64,000 nucleotides of DNA from positions 74,858-138,857 of the forward strand of contig CAZLJK010000003.1 of assembly GCA_964559825.1 (NCBI GenBank). The letters run 5' to 3'. The notes beneath the pieces were generated by a model. The model searched no databases. It was not told the DNA's origin and saw only the letters and a program-made list of their open reading frames with translations. Positions 1 through 10,482 of this stretch are shown piece after piece. The stretch is from an uncultured Sulfuricella sp. GTDB taxonomy: Bacteria > Pseudomonadota > Gammaproteobacteria > Burkholderiales > Sulfuricellaceae. The translations under genes were made by a program, and so were the position numbers. The first letter of the stretch is position 1. Each line of letters opens with the position of its first letter.

Positions 1-741
1 GAGAACGCCAAGCAGGCCAACCAGCTGGCGATCGGTTCCAGCGATGTCGCCGGCAAGGGCGGCGCGGTGGTCAGCAAGGTGGTGGACACCATGGCTTCGA
101 TCAACGAGTCTTCGCGCAAAATCGTGGACATCATCTCGGTGATCGACGGCATCGCTTTCCAGACCAACATCCTGGCCTTGAACGCCGCGGTGGAAGCGGC
201 CCGTGCCGGCGAGCAGGGTCGCGGCTTCGCGGTGGTCGCCGCCGAGGTGCGCAACCTGGCGCAGCGTTCCGCTGCCGCCGCGAAGGAGATCAAGACCTTG
301 ATCGGCGATTCGGTGGACAAGGTGGAGAACGGTTCCAAGCTGGTGGCGCAAGCCGGCAATACGATGGAGGAGATCGTCACCAGCATCAAGCGCGTCACCG
401 ATATCATGGCCGAGATTTCCGCCGCGTCGGCGGAGCAAAGCGCGGGGATCATGCAGGTGAATCAGGCCATCACCCAGATGGACGAGGTGACCCAGCAGAA
501 CGCGGCGCTGGTCGAGGAGGCCGCTGCCGCCGCCGAGTCGCTGGAGGAGCAGGCGCAGAACCTGTCCGCTTCGGTTTCGGTGTTCAAGCTGGATAATGCC
601 GGCGGTCGCACCCCGGCGGCCCGCCAGATTGCCGCTTCGACCAAAATGGCCGTGGCGCCGCGCCGCGCCGCAGCGTCGGCGAAGGCTGCGCCAAAGCCGG
701 CCAAGCCCGCCAGCGATGAGGATGAGTGGCAGGAATTCTAA
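1..741 (+). CDS. Methyl-accepting chemotaxis protein, C-terminal part (5' end outside window)
   Basis: MCP signalling hairpin [30 protein letters not shown]; C-terminal pentapeptide EWQEF; frame open from base 1. Confidence 0.95.
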   Translation, partial: ENAKQANQLAIGSSDVAGKGGAVVSKVVDTMASINESSRKIVDIISVIDGIAFQTNILALNAAVEAARAGEQGRGFAVVAAEVRNLAQRSAAAAKEIKTLIGDSVDKVENGSKLVAQAGNTMEEIVTSIKRVTDIMAEISAASAEQSAGIMQVNQAITQMDEVTQQNAALVEEAAAAAESLEEQAQNLSASVSVFKLDNAGGRTPAARQIAASTKMAVAPRRAAASAKAAPKPAKPASDEDEWQEF

Positions 742-785
742 TAAAAGCAAAGAACTTAAAGTCTAAAAGTTAACGGAGAAATCAT

Positions 786-1277
786 ATGGCACAGAACGGC
801 ACAGAAAACAGCGGCAGCAGCGCGGTCGGCAACGAGTTCCTCACCTTCACCCTGGGCAACGAGGAATATGGCATCGACATCCTCAAGGTACAGGAGATCC
901 GTGGTTACGATGCGGTCACCGCGATCGCCAACACGCCGGAGTTCATCAAGGGCGTGATCAACCTGCGCGGCATCATCGTGCCGATTGTCGATATGCGCAT
1001 CAAGTTCCACCTCGGCAAGGTCGAATACGACCAGTTCACCGTGGTCATCATCCTCAACGTCGCCAACCGCGTAGTCGGCATGGTGGTGGATGGCGTTTCA
1101 GATGTGATTACGCTCACACCCGATCAGGTCAAGGCAGCGCCAGAATTCGGTTCCGCTATCGATACCCAGTACGTGATGGGGCTGGGCACGGTGGACGAGC
1201 GCATGCTGATCCTGGTGGATATCGAAAGACTGATGACCAGCAGCGACATGGAATTGATGGAAAAAGTAGCGGCATAG
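786..1277 (+). CDS. cheW: Chemotaxis coupling protein CheW
   Basis: [25 protein letters not shown] and [16 protein letters not shown] motifs; GGAG RBS upstream. Confidence 0.97.
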   Translation: MAQNGTENSGSSAVGNEFLTFTLGNEEYGIDILKVQEIRGYDAVTAIANTPEFIKGVINLRGIIVPIVDMRIKFHLGKVEYDQFTVVIILNVANRVVGMVVDGVSDVITLTPDQVKAAPEFGSAIDTQYVMGLGTVDERMLILVDIERLMTSSDMELMEKVAA

Positions 1278-1325
1278 CCATTTAAATATTCAAGCCATTA
1301 CCAGATAGACCCCAAAGGAATTGCA

Positions 1326-3599
1326 ATGTTAAACAACCTCACCATCAAATCACGCCTGATCCTGTTGATCGCCCTCCTCTCGGTCATGCTCATCGTGATC
1401 GGTTTCCTCGGCCTGCGCGGCATGGGCGAAACGAATGCCGGACTGAAAACGGTCTACGAAGACCGGCTGGTTCCCTCCAATCAGATTGCCGTCATCAACA
1501 ACCTGATGGCGGAGAACGTGCGACAAATGCACCTGGCGTCGATGCACGACCCGCGCATCCCCGAAAGCAAGCTGCACGATCACCCGATCACCAACCATAC
1601 CGGCAAGGTCAATGAAAACATCCAGAAAATCGGCGAAGTCTGGAAGGAATACATGGCAACCACCCTCACCCCGGAAGAAAAGATACTGGCCGAGGACTAT
1701 GCCGAGAAACGCAAAAAATTCGTCCAGGAGGGATTGCGGGGCGCCGGCGAGCTATTTGTCAACGGGGATTTCCCCGCTGGCAATGCCCATCTGATCAAGT
1801 TAACAGGGCCGACTTACGTCACCGCCAAGGACATGGCCGAAAAGCTGCTCGATCTTCAGTTGCGCGTAGGCAAGGAAGAATTCAACAAATCCAGCGCCAA
1901 CTATGCCACCACTCGCAACATCACCATCGGTTCCATTGTCGTGAGCGTGGCGCTCGCGGCACTGATCGGCTTCCTCCTGATCCGTGCCATTGGGGAATCA
2001 CTGCGCACGGCAGGCCAGATCGCAAGCCGCATCGCCGCCGGCGATCTGGGCAGCGAGATCGTCATTCGCAATCACGATGAAATCGGGGTCGTGTTGGAAT
2101 CCATGCAAACCATGCAGAACAGCCTGCGCAAGATCGTTGCCGAAATCCAGGAGATCGTTGAAGCCGCCGCCATTCGCGGCGATTTCAGTGTCAAGATGGA
2201 CATGGCCGGCAAGCAGGGCTACACCAAGACCCTGGCGGAACTGCTGAACAACCTTTCCAACGTCACCGAAACCGGCCTCAACGATGTCACCCGCGTCGCC
2301 CAGGCGCTGGCCGCCGGCGACTTGAGCCAGAAGATCACCGCCGAATATCCCGGTGTGTTCGGCCAGACCAAGGCCGGCGTCAACAGCACCGTGGACGCGC
2401 TGATCAAGGTCGTCGCCGAAATCCAGCAGATCGTCGAAGCCGCTGCGGTACGGGGCGACTTTAGCGTCAAGATGGATCTGAACGGCAAGCAGGGCTACAC
2501 CAAGACCCTGTCCGAACTCCTGATTCAACTCTCCGACGTTACCGAAACCGGCCTGAAGGACATTACACGCGTTGCCAACGCCCTGGCGGAGGGCGACCTG
2601 ACCCAAACCATTACCAAGGACTACCCCGGCCTGTTCGATCAGACCAAGCAGGGCGTCAATGGTACCGTGGAAAACCTGAAAAAGCTGGTGGATGAAATCA
2701 AGGTCGCGGTGGAAGGCATCAACACCGGCTCCAAGGAAATCGCCCAGGGCAACCAGGATCTGTCGCAGCGCACCGAGGAACAAGCCTCTTCCCTGGAGGA
2801 AACCGCTTCCAGCATGGAAGAACTCACCTCCACCGTGAAGCAGAACGCGGAGAACGCCAAGCAGGCCAATCAGCTCGCCATCGGCGCCAGCAGCGTCGCC
2901 GGCAAGGGCGGCGCGGTGGTCAATGAGGTGGTCGGCACCATGGCTTCGATCAACGAGTCATCGCGCAAGATCGTGGACATCATTTCGGTCATCGACGGCA
3001 TCGCCTTCCAGACCAACATCCTGGCCTTGAACGCAGCCGTGGAAGCGGCCCGTGCCGGCGAGCAGGGCCGCGGCTTCGCCGTGGTCGCCGCCGAGGTGCG
3101 CAACCTGGCGCAGCGTTCCGCCGCCGCCGCGAAGGAGATCAAGACCCTGATCGGCGATTCGGTGGACAAGGTCGAAAACGGCACCAAGCTGGTCGGCGAA
3201 GCCGGTCAGACCATGGAGGAGATCGTCACCAGCATCAAGCGCGTCACCGACATCATGGCGGAAATCTCCGCCGCGTCGGCGGAACAAAGCGCGGGCATCG
3301 AACAGGTGAACCAGGCCATCACCCAGATGGACGAGGTCACCCAGCAGAATGCGGCGCTGGTCGAGGAAGCCGCCGCCGCCGCCGAGTCGCTGGAGGAACA
3401 GGCACAGAACCTGTCCGCTTCGGTTTCGGTGTTCAAGCTGGATAGCAGGGCCGGCGGGATGATGGTGGCGCATTCCGCGCCGGCCAAGCTGGCCGCAGCA
3501 CGCTCCGCCGCGCCAAAACAGACCGCCAGAATCGCATCCAAGGCCGCGCCAAAACCCGCCAAGCCCGCCAGCGATGGGGATGAATGGCAGGAGTTTTAA
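1326..3599 (+). CDS. Methyl-accepting chemotaxis protein (4-helix-bundle sensor, multiple HAMP, pentapeptide tail)
   Basis: Two TM segments flank a periplasmic domain; HAMP repeats; MCP signalling domain; ends EWQEF. Confidence 0.96.
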   Translation: MLNNLTIKSRLILLIALLSVMLIVIGFLGLRGMGETNAGLKTVYEDRLVPSNQIAVINNLMAENVRQMHLASMHDPRIPESKLHDHPITNHTGKVNENIQKIGEVWKEYMATTLTPEEKILAEDYAEKRKKFVQEGLRGAGELFVNGDFPAGNAHLIKLTGPTYVTAKDMAEKLLDLQLRVGKEEFNKSSANYATTRNITIGSIVVSVALAALIGFLLIRAIGESLRTAGQIASRIAAGDLGSEIVIRNHDEIGVVLESMQTMQNSLRKIVAEIQEIVEAAAIRGDFSVKMDMAGKQGYTKTLAELLNNLSNVTETGLNDVTRVAQALAAGDLSQKITAEYPGVFGQTKAGVNSTVDALIKVVAEIQQIVEAAAVRGDFSVKMDLNGKQGYTKTLSELLIQLSDVTETGLKDITRVANALAEGDLTQTITKDYPGLFDQTKQGVNGTVENLKKLVDEIKVAVEGINTGSKEIAQGNQDLSQRTEEQASSLEETASSMEELTSTVKQNAENAKQANQLAIGASSVAGKGGAVVNEVVGTMASINESSRKIVDIISVIDGIAFQTNILALNAAVEAARAGEQGRGFAVVAAEVRNLAQRSAAAAKEIKTLIGDSVDKVENGTKLVGEAGQTMEEIVTSIKRVTDIMAEISAASAEQSAGIEQVNQAITQMDEVTQQNAALVEEAAAAAESLEEQAQNLSASVSVFKLDSRAGGMMVAHSAPAKLAAARSAAPKQTARIASKAAPKPAKPASDGDEWQEF
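2130..2681 (+). repeat. Internal tandem duplication (2 x 276 nt / 92 aa HAMP-containing unit) in the MCP
   Basis: [24 protein letters not shown]... (2130) is repeated as [24 protein letters not shown]... (2406). Confidence 0.9.
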
Positions 3600-3607
3600 T
3601 TACAACA

Positions 3608-3698
3608 GAGGCTAGGGGCTAGAGGCTAGGGGCTAGAAAAGACCTGGCGCGTAGCGCCAGACAAAACCGCTAGCCTCTAGTCTCTAACCTCTAGCCTC
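3608..3698. repeat. Heptamer-armed palindromic intergenic element (copy A)
   Basis: Left arm (GGCTAGA/GGCTAGG)n, central hairpin CTGGCGC-GTA-GCGCCAG, right arm (CTAGCCT)n. Confidence 0.85.
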
Positions 3699-3708
3699 AG
3701 GAAAAACC

Positions 3709-4572
3709 ATGGCAGAATCACCCATTAACGACGCACGCGAATTTCATTTCACTGCGCAAGATTTCGAGCGCATCCGCAAGCTGATCTATGATAGGGCTGG
3801 CATTTCCCTGTCACCCGCCAAACAGGACATGGTCTACAGCCGCCTCGCTCGTCGTTTGCGTGCGACGCGGATACCCAGCTTTAACGAATACCTGGCTCGT
3901 TTGGAGCGTGGCGACGTTGTGGAAATGGAAGCGTTCACCAACTCCCTCACCACCAACCTCACCTCCTTTTTCCGCGAGCAGCATCATTTCCCGCTCTTGG
4001 CCGAGCACATCAAAAAACGCGGCATGAAACAGCCGATCTCGCTCTGGTGCTCTGCCGCCTCTACCGGCGAAGAACCCTATTCCATGGCCATGACCATGGT
4101 TGATCTGTTCAACACATTCACGCCGCCGGTGCATATCCTGGCAACGGACCTGGACACCACGGTATTGCTAAAGGCCCAGGAAGGCGTCTATCCGCTGGAG
4201 CGACTGGAAAAGATGCCGGAGGAAATGGTGAAACGGTTTTTTCTCAAAGGCACCGGGATCCATGAAGGCCAGGCCCGGGTGCGCAAGGAATTACGCGACA
4301 TGATCACCTTCCGGCAAATCAACCTGCTCGATGAATCCTGGCCGATGCGCGGACCATTCGATGCAATTTTCTGCCGCAATGTCATGATCTATTTCGACAA
4401 GAAGACCCAATACGATGTATTGAAGAAGTTCGTCCCGCTGCTGCACAAGGACGGCTTGCTGTTTGCCGGCCACTCGGAAAGCTTTTATCATGCCGCCGAT
4501 TTGTTCAAGTCGGTGGGCAAGACCGTCTATGAGCTATCGCCCCAGGCCAAGCACCTCGCTGGCCATGGATAG
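3709..4572 (+). CDS. cheR: Chemotaxis methyltransferase CheR
   Basis: TTNLTSFFRE, WCSAASTGEEPYS, FDAIFCRNVMIYF motifs. Confidence 0.97.
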   Translation: MAESPINDAREFHFTAQDFERIRKLIYDRAGISLSPAKQDMVYSRLARRLRATRIPSFNEYLARLERGDVVEMEAFTNSLTTNLTSFFREQHHFPLLAEHIKKRGMKQPISLWCSAASTGEEPYSMAMTMVDLFNTFTPPVHILATDLDTTVLLKAQEGVYPLERLEKMPEEMVKRFFLKGTGIHEGQARVRKELRDMITFRQINLLDESWPMRGPFDAIFCRNVMIYFDKKTQYDVLKKFVPLLHKDGLLFAGHSESFYHAADLFKSVGKTVYELSPQAKHLAGHG

Positions 4573-4587
4573 CTGGGGGCGCACTCC

Positions 4588-5199
4588 ATGAACTCGCCGG
4601 ATTATCATGAAGTCCTCTCTCCCAACCTCTACTACGACCGTCACTTCAGCATGGAAGCGGCCAAGATAATGCCGGGAGAATATTACGCCACCACGCGCGA
4701 CATGCTGGTGGTCACCGTACTCGGCTCCTGCGTTTCCGCCTGCCTGCGCGACAAGACCAGCGGCATCGGCGGCATGAACCATTTCATGCTGCCCCACAGC
4801 GACAACGATCCGCACAATCCTGTCAGCACCTCGGCGCGCTACGGCACCTATGCGATGGAAATGCTGATCAACCACCTCATCAAGCTGGGTGCCAAACGTA
4901 GCAATTTCGAAGCCAAGGTGTTCGGCGGGGGGAACGTCCTGCGCGGCTTCACCGTGGCCAATGTCGGTGCGCGCAATGCCGATTTTGTCCAGGAGTTCCT
5001 GCACGCCGAAAAAATCAAGATCGTCGCCGAGGACCTGCTCGACATCTATCCGCGCAAGGTCTATTACTTTCCAAAGAGCGGACGGGCGCTGGTTAAAAAA
5101 CTGAAAAGCGTACACAACAACACCATCGTGGAACGTGAAAAGGATTACGAGTCTCGACTGGATTATGCCAAGATGGAAGGCGAAGTGGAGTTATTTTGA
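4588..5199 (+). CDS. cheD: Chemoreceptor glutamine deamidase CheD
   Basis: TVLGSCVSACL...GGMNHFMLP and AKVFGGG motifs. Confidence 0.96.
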   Translation: MNSPDYHEVLSPNLYYDRHFSMEAAKIMPGEYYATTRDMLVVTVLGSCVSACLRDKTSGIGGMNHFMLPHSDNDPHNPVSTSARYGTYAMEMLINHLIKLGAKRSNFEAKVFGGGNVLRGFTVANVGARNADFVQEFLHAEKIKIVAEDLLDIYPRKVYYFPKSGRALVKKLKSVHNNTIVEREKDYESRLDYAKMEGEVELF

Positions 5200-5204
5200 A
5201 ACAC

Positions 5205-5298
5205 AGGGGCTAGGGACTAGAGGCTAGGGGCTAGTGGTTTTGTCCGGCGCATTGCGCCGGGTTATTCCTAGCCTCTAGACTCTAGCCTCTAGCCTCTA
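5205..5298. repeat. Heptamer-armed palindromic intergenic element (copy B, inverted relative to A)
   Basis: (GGCTAGR)n left arm, CCGGCGC-ATT-GCGCCGG hairpin, (CTAGCCT)n right arm. Confidence 0.85.
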
Positions 5299-5312
5299 AA
5301 AAGAGGATTCAA

Positions 5313-6389
5313 ATGCCGATCAAAGTTCTCATCGTCGATGACTCCGCGCTCATCCGCAGCGTGCTCAGGGAGATCATCGAAAGCCACAAGGATTTGAAGG
5401 TAGTCGGCGCCGCGCCAGACCCCATCATCGCCAGAGAAATGATCAAGGCGCTGGATCCCGACGTGATCACGCTCGATGTCGAAATGCCGCGCATGGACGG
5501 CCTGGATTTCCTGGAAAAACTGATGCGCCTCAGGCCCATGCCGGTGGTGATGATTTCCTCCCTCACCGAAAAAGGCTCAGATATCACCTTCCGCGCGCTG
5601 GAACTGGGTGCGGTCGATTTCATCTCCAAACCCAAACTCGATATCAGCCGCGGCTTGCAGGAGTACAGCGATGAAATCGCCGACAAAATCCGCGCCGCTG
5701 CCAAGGCGCGTCCGCGGAAGACTCCGGCCGTGATGGTCCAGAAGAGCTTGTCGGCCGATGCCGTGCTGCCATCCCTTTCCAATCGCATTGCCTCGACTGA
5801 AAAATTGATTATCGTTGGCGCCTCCACCGGCGGAACGGAGGCGATCAAGGACTTCCTCATCAAGCTGCCACCGGACTGCCCCGGCATCGCCATCACTCAG
5901 CACATGCCGGAAGCCTTCACCAAATCTTTTGCGCAGCGCCTTGACACGCTATGCAAGATTTCCGTGAAGGAAGCCGAGCACGGCGACCGCATCCTGCCTG
6001 GCCACGCTTTTATAGCACCGGGGCATTCCCACCTGCTGGTAAAGCGCAGCGGCGCCAATTACATCTGCGAGCTGTCCGATGGACCGCCGGTCAATCGCCA
6101 CCGTCCCTCGGTGGACGTCCTGTTCCGCTCCGCTGCGAACCACGTGGGCAAGAATGCCATCGGCGTGATTCTTACCGGCATGGGCAAGGATGGCGCCAAG
6201 GGAATGCTGGAGATGAAGCAGGCCGGCGCCTTCAACTTCGCTCAGGATGAAGCCAGCTGCGTGGTATTCGGCATGCCCAAGGAAGCCATTCTCACCGGCG
6301 GCGTCGATGAAGTCGTGCCCCTGCAGGACATGGCCTCACGCGTTATGGCATACTTGGGCACCTTGGGAGCACGGGCATTTAGGGTTTGA
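5313..6389 (+). CDS. cheB: Chemotaxis response regulator methylesterase CheB
   Basis: N-terminal REC domain; [14 protein letters not shown] and [12 protein letters not shown] catalytic motifs. Confidence 0.97.
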   Translation: MPIKVLIVDDSALIRSVLREIIESHKDLKVVGAAPDPIIAREMIKALDPDVITLDVEMPRMDGLDFLEKLMRLRPMPVVMISSLTEKGSDITFRALELGAVDFISKPKLDISRGLQEYSDEIADKIRAAAKARPRKTPAVMVQKSLSADAVLPSLSNRIASTEKLIIVGASTGGTEAIKDFLIKLPPDCPGIAITQHMPEAFTKSFAQRLDTLCKISVKEAEHGDRILPGHAFIAPGHSHLLVKRSGANYICELSDGPPVNRHRPSVDVLFRSAANHVGKNAIGVILTGMGKDGAKGMLEMKQAGAFNFAQDEASCVVFGMPKEAILTGGVDEVVPLQDMASRVMAYLGTLGARAFRV

Positions 6390-6392
6390 ATT

Positions 6393-6506
6393 AGGCTAGA
6401 GGCCAGGGGCGAGGGGCTAGAGGGGTTGTGCCGCGCAAGCGCGGCGTATAAACATTCCGGCGAAGCCGGACACCCACCTCTTGCCCCTAGCCACTCGCCT
6501 CTAGCC
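6393..6506. repeat. Heptamer-armed palindromic intergenic element (copy C)
   Basis: GGCTAGA/GGCGAGG arms around two small hairpins (GCCGCGC-AA-GCGCGGC; TCCGGC-GAA-GCCGGA). Confidence 0.75.
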
Positions 6507-6530
6507 GCATTTTTACTGAAAGGAAAAAAC

Positions 6531-6836
6531 ATGCAGATAACTGTAGAAAAAAAGGGCGAAACCGCCCGACTGATCCTCAATGGCCGTTTTGACTTCAGTT
6601 CGCACCGCGAATTTCGCAGTGCCTGCGACGAGGTTTTGCAAGCGCCCGAGATCAAGGAAATCGAAGCCGATTTCAGCCGAGTGGATTACCTCGACAGTTC
6701 AGCCTTGGGCATGCTGCTGCTGTTGCGCGAGAAAGCCCAGAACGCGAACCTGAAGGTCGCGCTGACGAACTGCACCGGCCTCGTCCAGCAGGTCCTCGAT
6801 GTGGCAAACTTCCAAAGACTGTTCGCCATCAGCTAG
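6531..6836 (+). CDS. STAS-domain anti-sigma-factor antagonist (CrsA/HsbA-like)
   Basis: DFSRVDYLDSSALGMLL STAS phosphorylation motif. The ATG at 6531 follows AAGGA; the ORF-track start at 6426 runs through a repeat. Confidence 0.9.
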   Translation: MQITVEKKGETARLILNGRFDFSSHREFRSACDEVLQAPEIKEIEADFSRVDYLDSSALGMLLLLREKAQNANLKVALTNCTGLVQQVLDVANFQRLFAIS

Positions 6837-6855
6837 GTCGGTCGCACTGAAACAC

Positions 6856-8553
6856 ATGGACAAGCCACTCAATATTCTCGTCGTTGACGATACCGAACTG
6901 AATCTGGCGCTGATCAGCACTTTCATCTCCAGGCTTGGCCATACCGCGATGCTGGCGAGAAATGGCCAGGAAGCCGTCGATTTGTATCTCGAATCATCGC
7001 CGGACATGATCTTGATGGATGTCATGATGCCGGTCATGGATGGCTACCAGGCAACGGCCGAAATCAGAAAGCTGGCCGGAAACAAATGGGTGCCGGTAAT
7101 CTTCCTCAGCGCAAAAGCCCAGGACAGCGATCTGGTCAAGGGACTGCAAGCCGGGGGCGACGATTACCTGACCAAACCCATCAACCTGCAGATTCTGCAA
7201 GCCAAGATCAAGGCCATGCAACGCATCGCGGTGATGCAGCGCGAACTCGCTGAAAAGGCCGAACAACTGGCGCGCTACCACGAAGAAAACGAACGCGAGC
7301 AAAACCTGGCCAAACACCTGCTGGAAAGGATCATTCAAGCCCACAAGCCGAATGACCCGATGGTTGAGCGCCTGGTTCTTCCGGCCACTCGCTTCAGCGG
7401 CGACATCATCGCCACCGAGTTCACGCCCGACCACATATTGCACGTCATCCTGGCCGATAGCGCCGGCCACGGCCTGTCCGCCGCGCTGAATGTGCTGCCG
7501 GTGGTCGAGGTGTTTTACGGCATGACGAAAAAGGGCTACAGCCTTTCCACCATCGTCAGGGAACTCAACAGCAAGATCAAACAGCTCATGCCGACGGAAC
7601 GCTTTGTCGCCGCCGCGCTGGCCGCCATCAATTTTTCAGAACGCACCATCGAGATCTGGAACGGCGGCATGCCGACCGCCTATTTTGTTGACGATCAGGG
7701 CGAAATCAAGCGGGAATGGCGGGCGTCGCACCCGCCGATGGGGATCATGAGCGACACGGACTTCCTTTCAAAAACGGAGACTTTTCACTGGAATGAACCA
7801 GGACGTTTATTTCTTTACTCGGATGGGCTGGTCGAGGCCGAAAATGAGGTCGGCGAACGCTTCGGCAGCGACCGCGTCCGGCAGGCGCTCAAGGAAAAGT
7901 GCGACCAGGGACAATTCTGGTATCTGATCGCTGAAGCGAACAAATTCATGGGCCTGGATAGCGCGACGGATGACATCTCCATTGCCGCCATCCGCTGCCC
8001 GATGGCGCCTGTAGGCGAAGGCGTCATTCATGCCGAGCCGGCATTGGTGCCCCCGGTCGAACCCAGCGAATCCAGGCTGACCGTCAAGCTCAGCCCACCG
8101 GAACTCAAGTCCTTCGATGTGCTGCCATGGCTGGTCAACTGGCTGAATCAGTTGCGCTTTAGCCAGAGGCAGTGTCAGGAAATGTTCCTGATTCTTTCCG
8201 AGCTTTACAACAATGCACTGGATCATGGCGTGTTGGCCCTGGATTCCAGGCTGAAACATCAAGCAGACGGTTTCGGCCACTACCTCGACATGCGCGAGGA
8301 ACGCCTGGTCGGACTGCAACATGGATCCATCGAAATCGAACTGGAACGAGTGCAGGAAAGCCAGGTTCCCTACCTGAAGTTGCGGGTCATGGACAGCGGC
8401 AAAGGATTTCCCGTCGATTCAATACTGAGCGCGGATATCTCATCCAGCACCAGACCCGCTGGGCGCGGCATCGTGCTGGTCAAAACAATGTGTGCCGAGG
8501 TGAAATATCAGGGTTGCGGCAATGAAGTGACCGCGCTATACCGTCTGCAATAA
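6856..8553 (+). CDS. REC + PP2C (SpoIIE) + GHKL kinase fusion (CrsR/HsbR-like)
   Basis: REC (ILVVDD...DMILMDVMMP...KP), PP2C (LADSAGHG, YSDGL, DDIS), C-terminal HATPase (ELYNNALDHG, DSGKGF, GRGIVL). Confidence 0.9.
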   Translation: MDKPLNILVVDDTELNLALISTFISRLGHTAMLARNGQEAVDLYLESSPDMILMDVMMPVMDGYQATAEIRKLAGNKWVPVIFLSAKAQDSDLVKGLQAGGDDYLTKPINLQILQAKIKAMQRIAVMQRELAEKAEQLARYHEENEREQNLAKHLLERIIQAHKPNDPMVERLVLPATRFSGDIIATEFTPDHILHVILADSAGHGLSAALNVLPVVEVFYGMTKKGYSLSTIVRELNSKIKQLMPTERFVAAALAAINFSERTIEIWNGGMPTAYFVDDQGEIKREWRASHPPMGIMSDTDFLSKTETFHWNEPGRLFLYSDGLVEAENEVGERFGSDRVRQALKEKCDQGQFWYLIAEANKFMGLDSATDDISIAAIRCPMAPVGEGVIHAEPALVPPVEPSESRLTVKLSPPELKSFDVLPWLVNWLNQLRFSQRQCQEMFLILSELYNNALDHGVLALDSRLKHQADGFGHYLDMREERLVGLQHGSIEIELERVQESQVPYLKLRVMDSGKGFPVDSILSADISSSTRPAGRGIVLVKTMCAEVKYQGCGNEVTALYRLQ

Positions 8554-8559
8554 AGCAGC

Positions 8560-9501
8560 TCAAAGGATATCGTCTCGCGATATCCCCTTGCGCTTCAGGC
8601 TGCGGCGCAAAAGCTTCAAGACCTCCACCTGAATCTGGCGCACCCGCTCTCGGGTAATAGCCATGGTTTCAGCCACTTCCTCCAAAGTGTGAATGGCATG
8701 CCCGTTCAAGCCAAAACGCCGCTCAATCACACAGCGCTGCTTGTCTCCCAGCTCCTCCAGCCACTGACGCACGAGTGCCTCAAGCTCGGCGTGCTGCAGC
8801 TGCAGTTCGGGCGAGAGGGCATTCTCGTCAGGAAGCGCATCACTCAGGGAGAGGCTAGGATCGATGTCCAGCGGCGTATCCAGGGAAGCGATGCGCTCAT
8901 TCAGGTTCAGCACGTAACGCACATCAGCCACCGGCTTACCCAGCAAGTGCGACACTTCTTCCACGTGGGGCTCGCTGCCCTTGAGAGCCTCAAGGTGACG
9001 AAACGCCTGCAGGCAGGTGTTCATCTCCCGGATCACATGTACCGGAATACGGATGGTGCGCGACTGGTTCATGATGGCGCGTTCGATATTCTGCCGTATC
9101 CACCAGGTGGCGTAGGTGGAAAAGCGAAAACCCCGCTCCGGATCGAATTTATCCAGGGCATGCATAAGCCCCAGGTTGCCTTCCTCGATCAGGTCCAGCA
9201 AAGCCATGCCGCGACTCGCATAGTGCTTGGCGATATTCACGACCAGGCGAAGATTGCATTCGATGATCCGCTGGCGGGCATCGAAATCTCCCTGCTTCAC
9301 CCGAGAAGCGAGAGCGTACTCCTCAGTAGCGCTCAGCAACTCATTCTGACCGATTTCCTGAAAGTAGATCAGCAAGGGATCGGATGAATGCTCGTTGGCG
9401 GGCTCATTCAGCTCCGGCACTACATCGGCCCTCTCTTCTTCAAAAGGAGCCGGTTCCATATCCGGAAATTTCTCTTCATCGCCAAAAACATCTTCGCTCA
9501 T
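8560..9501 (-). CDS. rpoS: RNA polymerase sigma factor RpoS
   Basis: Sigma70 regions (NLRLVVNIAKHY, FDPERGFRFSTYATWWIRQ); lies downstream of surE-pcm-nlpD. Confidence 0.93.
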   Translation of the reverse strand: MSEDVFGDEEKFPDMEPAPFEEERADVVPELNEPANEHSSDPLLIYFQEIGQNELLSATEEYALASRVKQGDFDARQRIIECNLRLVVNIAKHYASRGMALLDLIEEGNLGLMHALDKFDPERGFRFSTYATWWIRQNIERAIMNQSRTIRIPVHVIREMNTCLQAFRHLEALKGSEPHVEEVSHLLGKPVADVRYVLNLNERIASLDTPLDIDPSLSLSDALPDENALSPELQLQHAELEALVRQWLEELGDKQRCVIERRFGLNGHAIHTLEEVAETMAITRERVRQIQVEVLKLLRRSLKRKGISRDDIL

Positions 9502-10373
9502 GAGGGGCTGCCATTTCCTGGAGGACCTTCATCGGGCCGAGAACCTTGGGAGGCCGTTTGCGGCAGATACTTCATCGGGTCGACCGGCTTGCCAAACCGC
9601 CGTATTTCGAAATGCAGCTTGACCTGATCGGCATCGGAATCGCCCATTTCTGCAATTTTCTGGCCATTGGCCACCTTCTGCCCTTCTTTGACCAGAATCT
9701 TGTGATTGTGCGCGTAGGCGCTCAAATAGGTCTTGTTGTGCTTGATAATCACCAGTTTTCCATAACCGCGCAGTCCGTTGCCGCTATAAACCACTTTGCC
9801 CGGTCCCGCGGCAAGAACCGGCTGACCGCTCTTCCCGCCGATGTCCAGTCCCTTGCCGGAGCTGGAAGCTTCATTGAACGGCGCGATCACCTTGCCTGCG
9901 GTAGGCCATTTCCATTCTACCCGCTCATCATCCTCGGCCGGGACACCCTCTTTTTTCTCTGCCTGCAATTCAACCGGCACGGGCTTGTCCTGCTTGACCG
10001 CCTTGGGCTCGGTCTTCATCAGCGAGCCCTCTTGCCGAGGACTAGCCACGGCTTTCAACGGGGTGACCACTACCGCCTGTGGAACGGTATTAAATTTCAG
10101 TTGCTGGCCGATATGGATAGTATAGGGTGACGCGATGCCGTTCCACTCCGCCACCTCCTTGTAGTCAAAACCATGCTCCAGCGCGATGCCATACAATGTG
10201 TCGCCCTTTTGCACGGTATAGGCTTGGGGAGGCCCGTCAATTTCCTTGCTGATGGTAGCGGGTGTCTTTTGGGCCACGGAGGCACGCTCGACCACAGGCG
10301 CACTCGACTTTGTCGATGCGCAACCGCTGATCAGCAAAACCAATGCCGCAGCGGCCAGAACAGCGCCAATCAA
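9498..10373 (-). CDS. nlpD: LysM/M23 peptidoglycan hydrolase activator lipoprotein NlpD
   Basis: Lipobox LISGC, LysM (YTVQKGDTLYGIA), M23 (YLSAYAHN, LHFEIR); exact start uncertain. Confidence 0.92.
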   Translation of the reverse strand: MIGAVLAAAALVLLISGCASTKSSAPVVERASVAQKTPATISKEIDGPPQAYTVQKGDTLYGIALEHGFDYKEVAEWNGIASPYTIHIGQQLKFNTVPQAVVVTPLKAVASPRQEGSLMKTEPKAVKQDKPVPVELQAEKKEGVPAEDDERVEWKWPTAGKVIAPFNEASSSGKGLDIGGKSGQPVLAAGPGKVVYSGNGLRGYGKLVIIKHNKTYLSAYAHNHKILVKEGQKVANGQKIAEMGDSDADQVKLHFEIRRFGKPVDPMKYLPQTASQGSRPDEGPPGNGSPS

Positions 10374-10396
10374 AACAAGCGCCCTTCACCATTGCC

Positions 10397-10432
10397 TCCT
10401 CTCCCGCGAGCGGGAGAGGATTGAGGTGAGGG
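10397..10432. repeat. REP-like palindrome
   Basis: 11-bp perfect inverted repeat TCCTCTCCCGC-GA-GCGGGAGAGGA followed by TTGAGGTGAGGG. Confidence 0.7.
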
Positions 10433-10482
10433 AGCCCCCTTGGGGTAAGGTTGCGCCCTATGTGAAACAATGTTTCCCAGGA

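Noticed and set aside
3608-6506. Repeats as a CRISPR array
   Set aside because: They are isolated palindromes at gene junctions with no regular repeat-spacer periodicity and no cas genes.
6426-6530. Longer N-terminus for the STAS protein
   Set aside because: The extension translates the palindromic repeat; the RBS supports ATG 6531.
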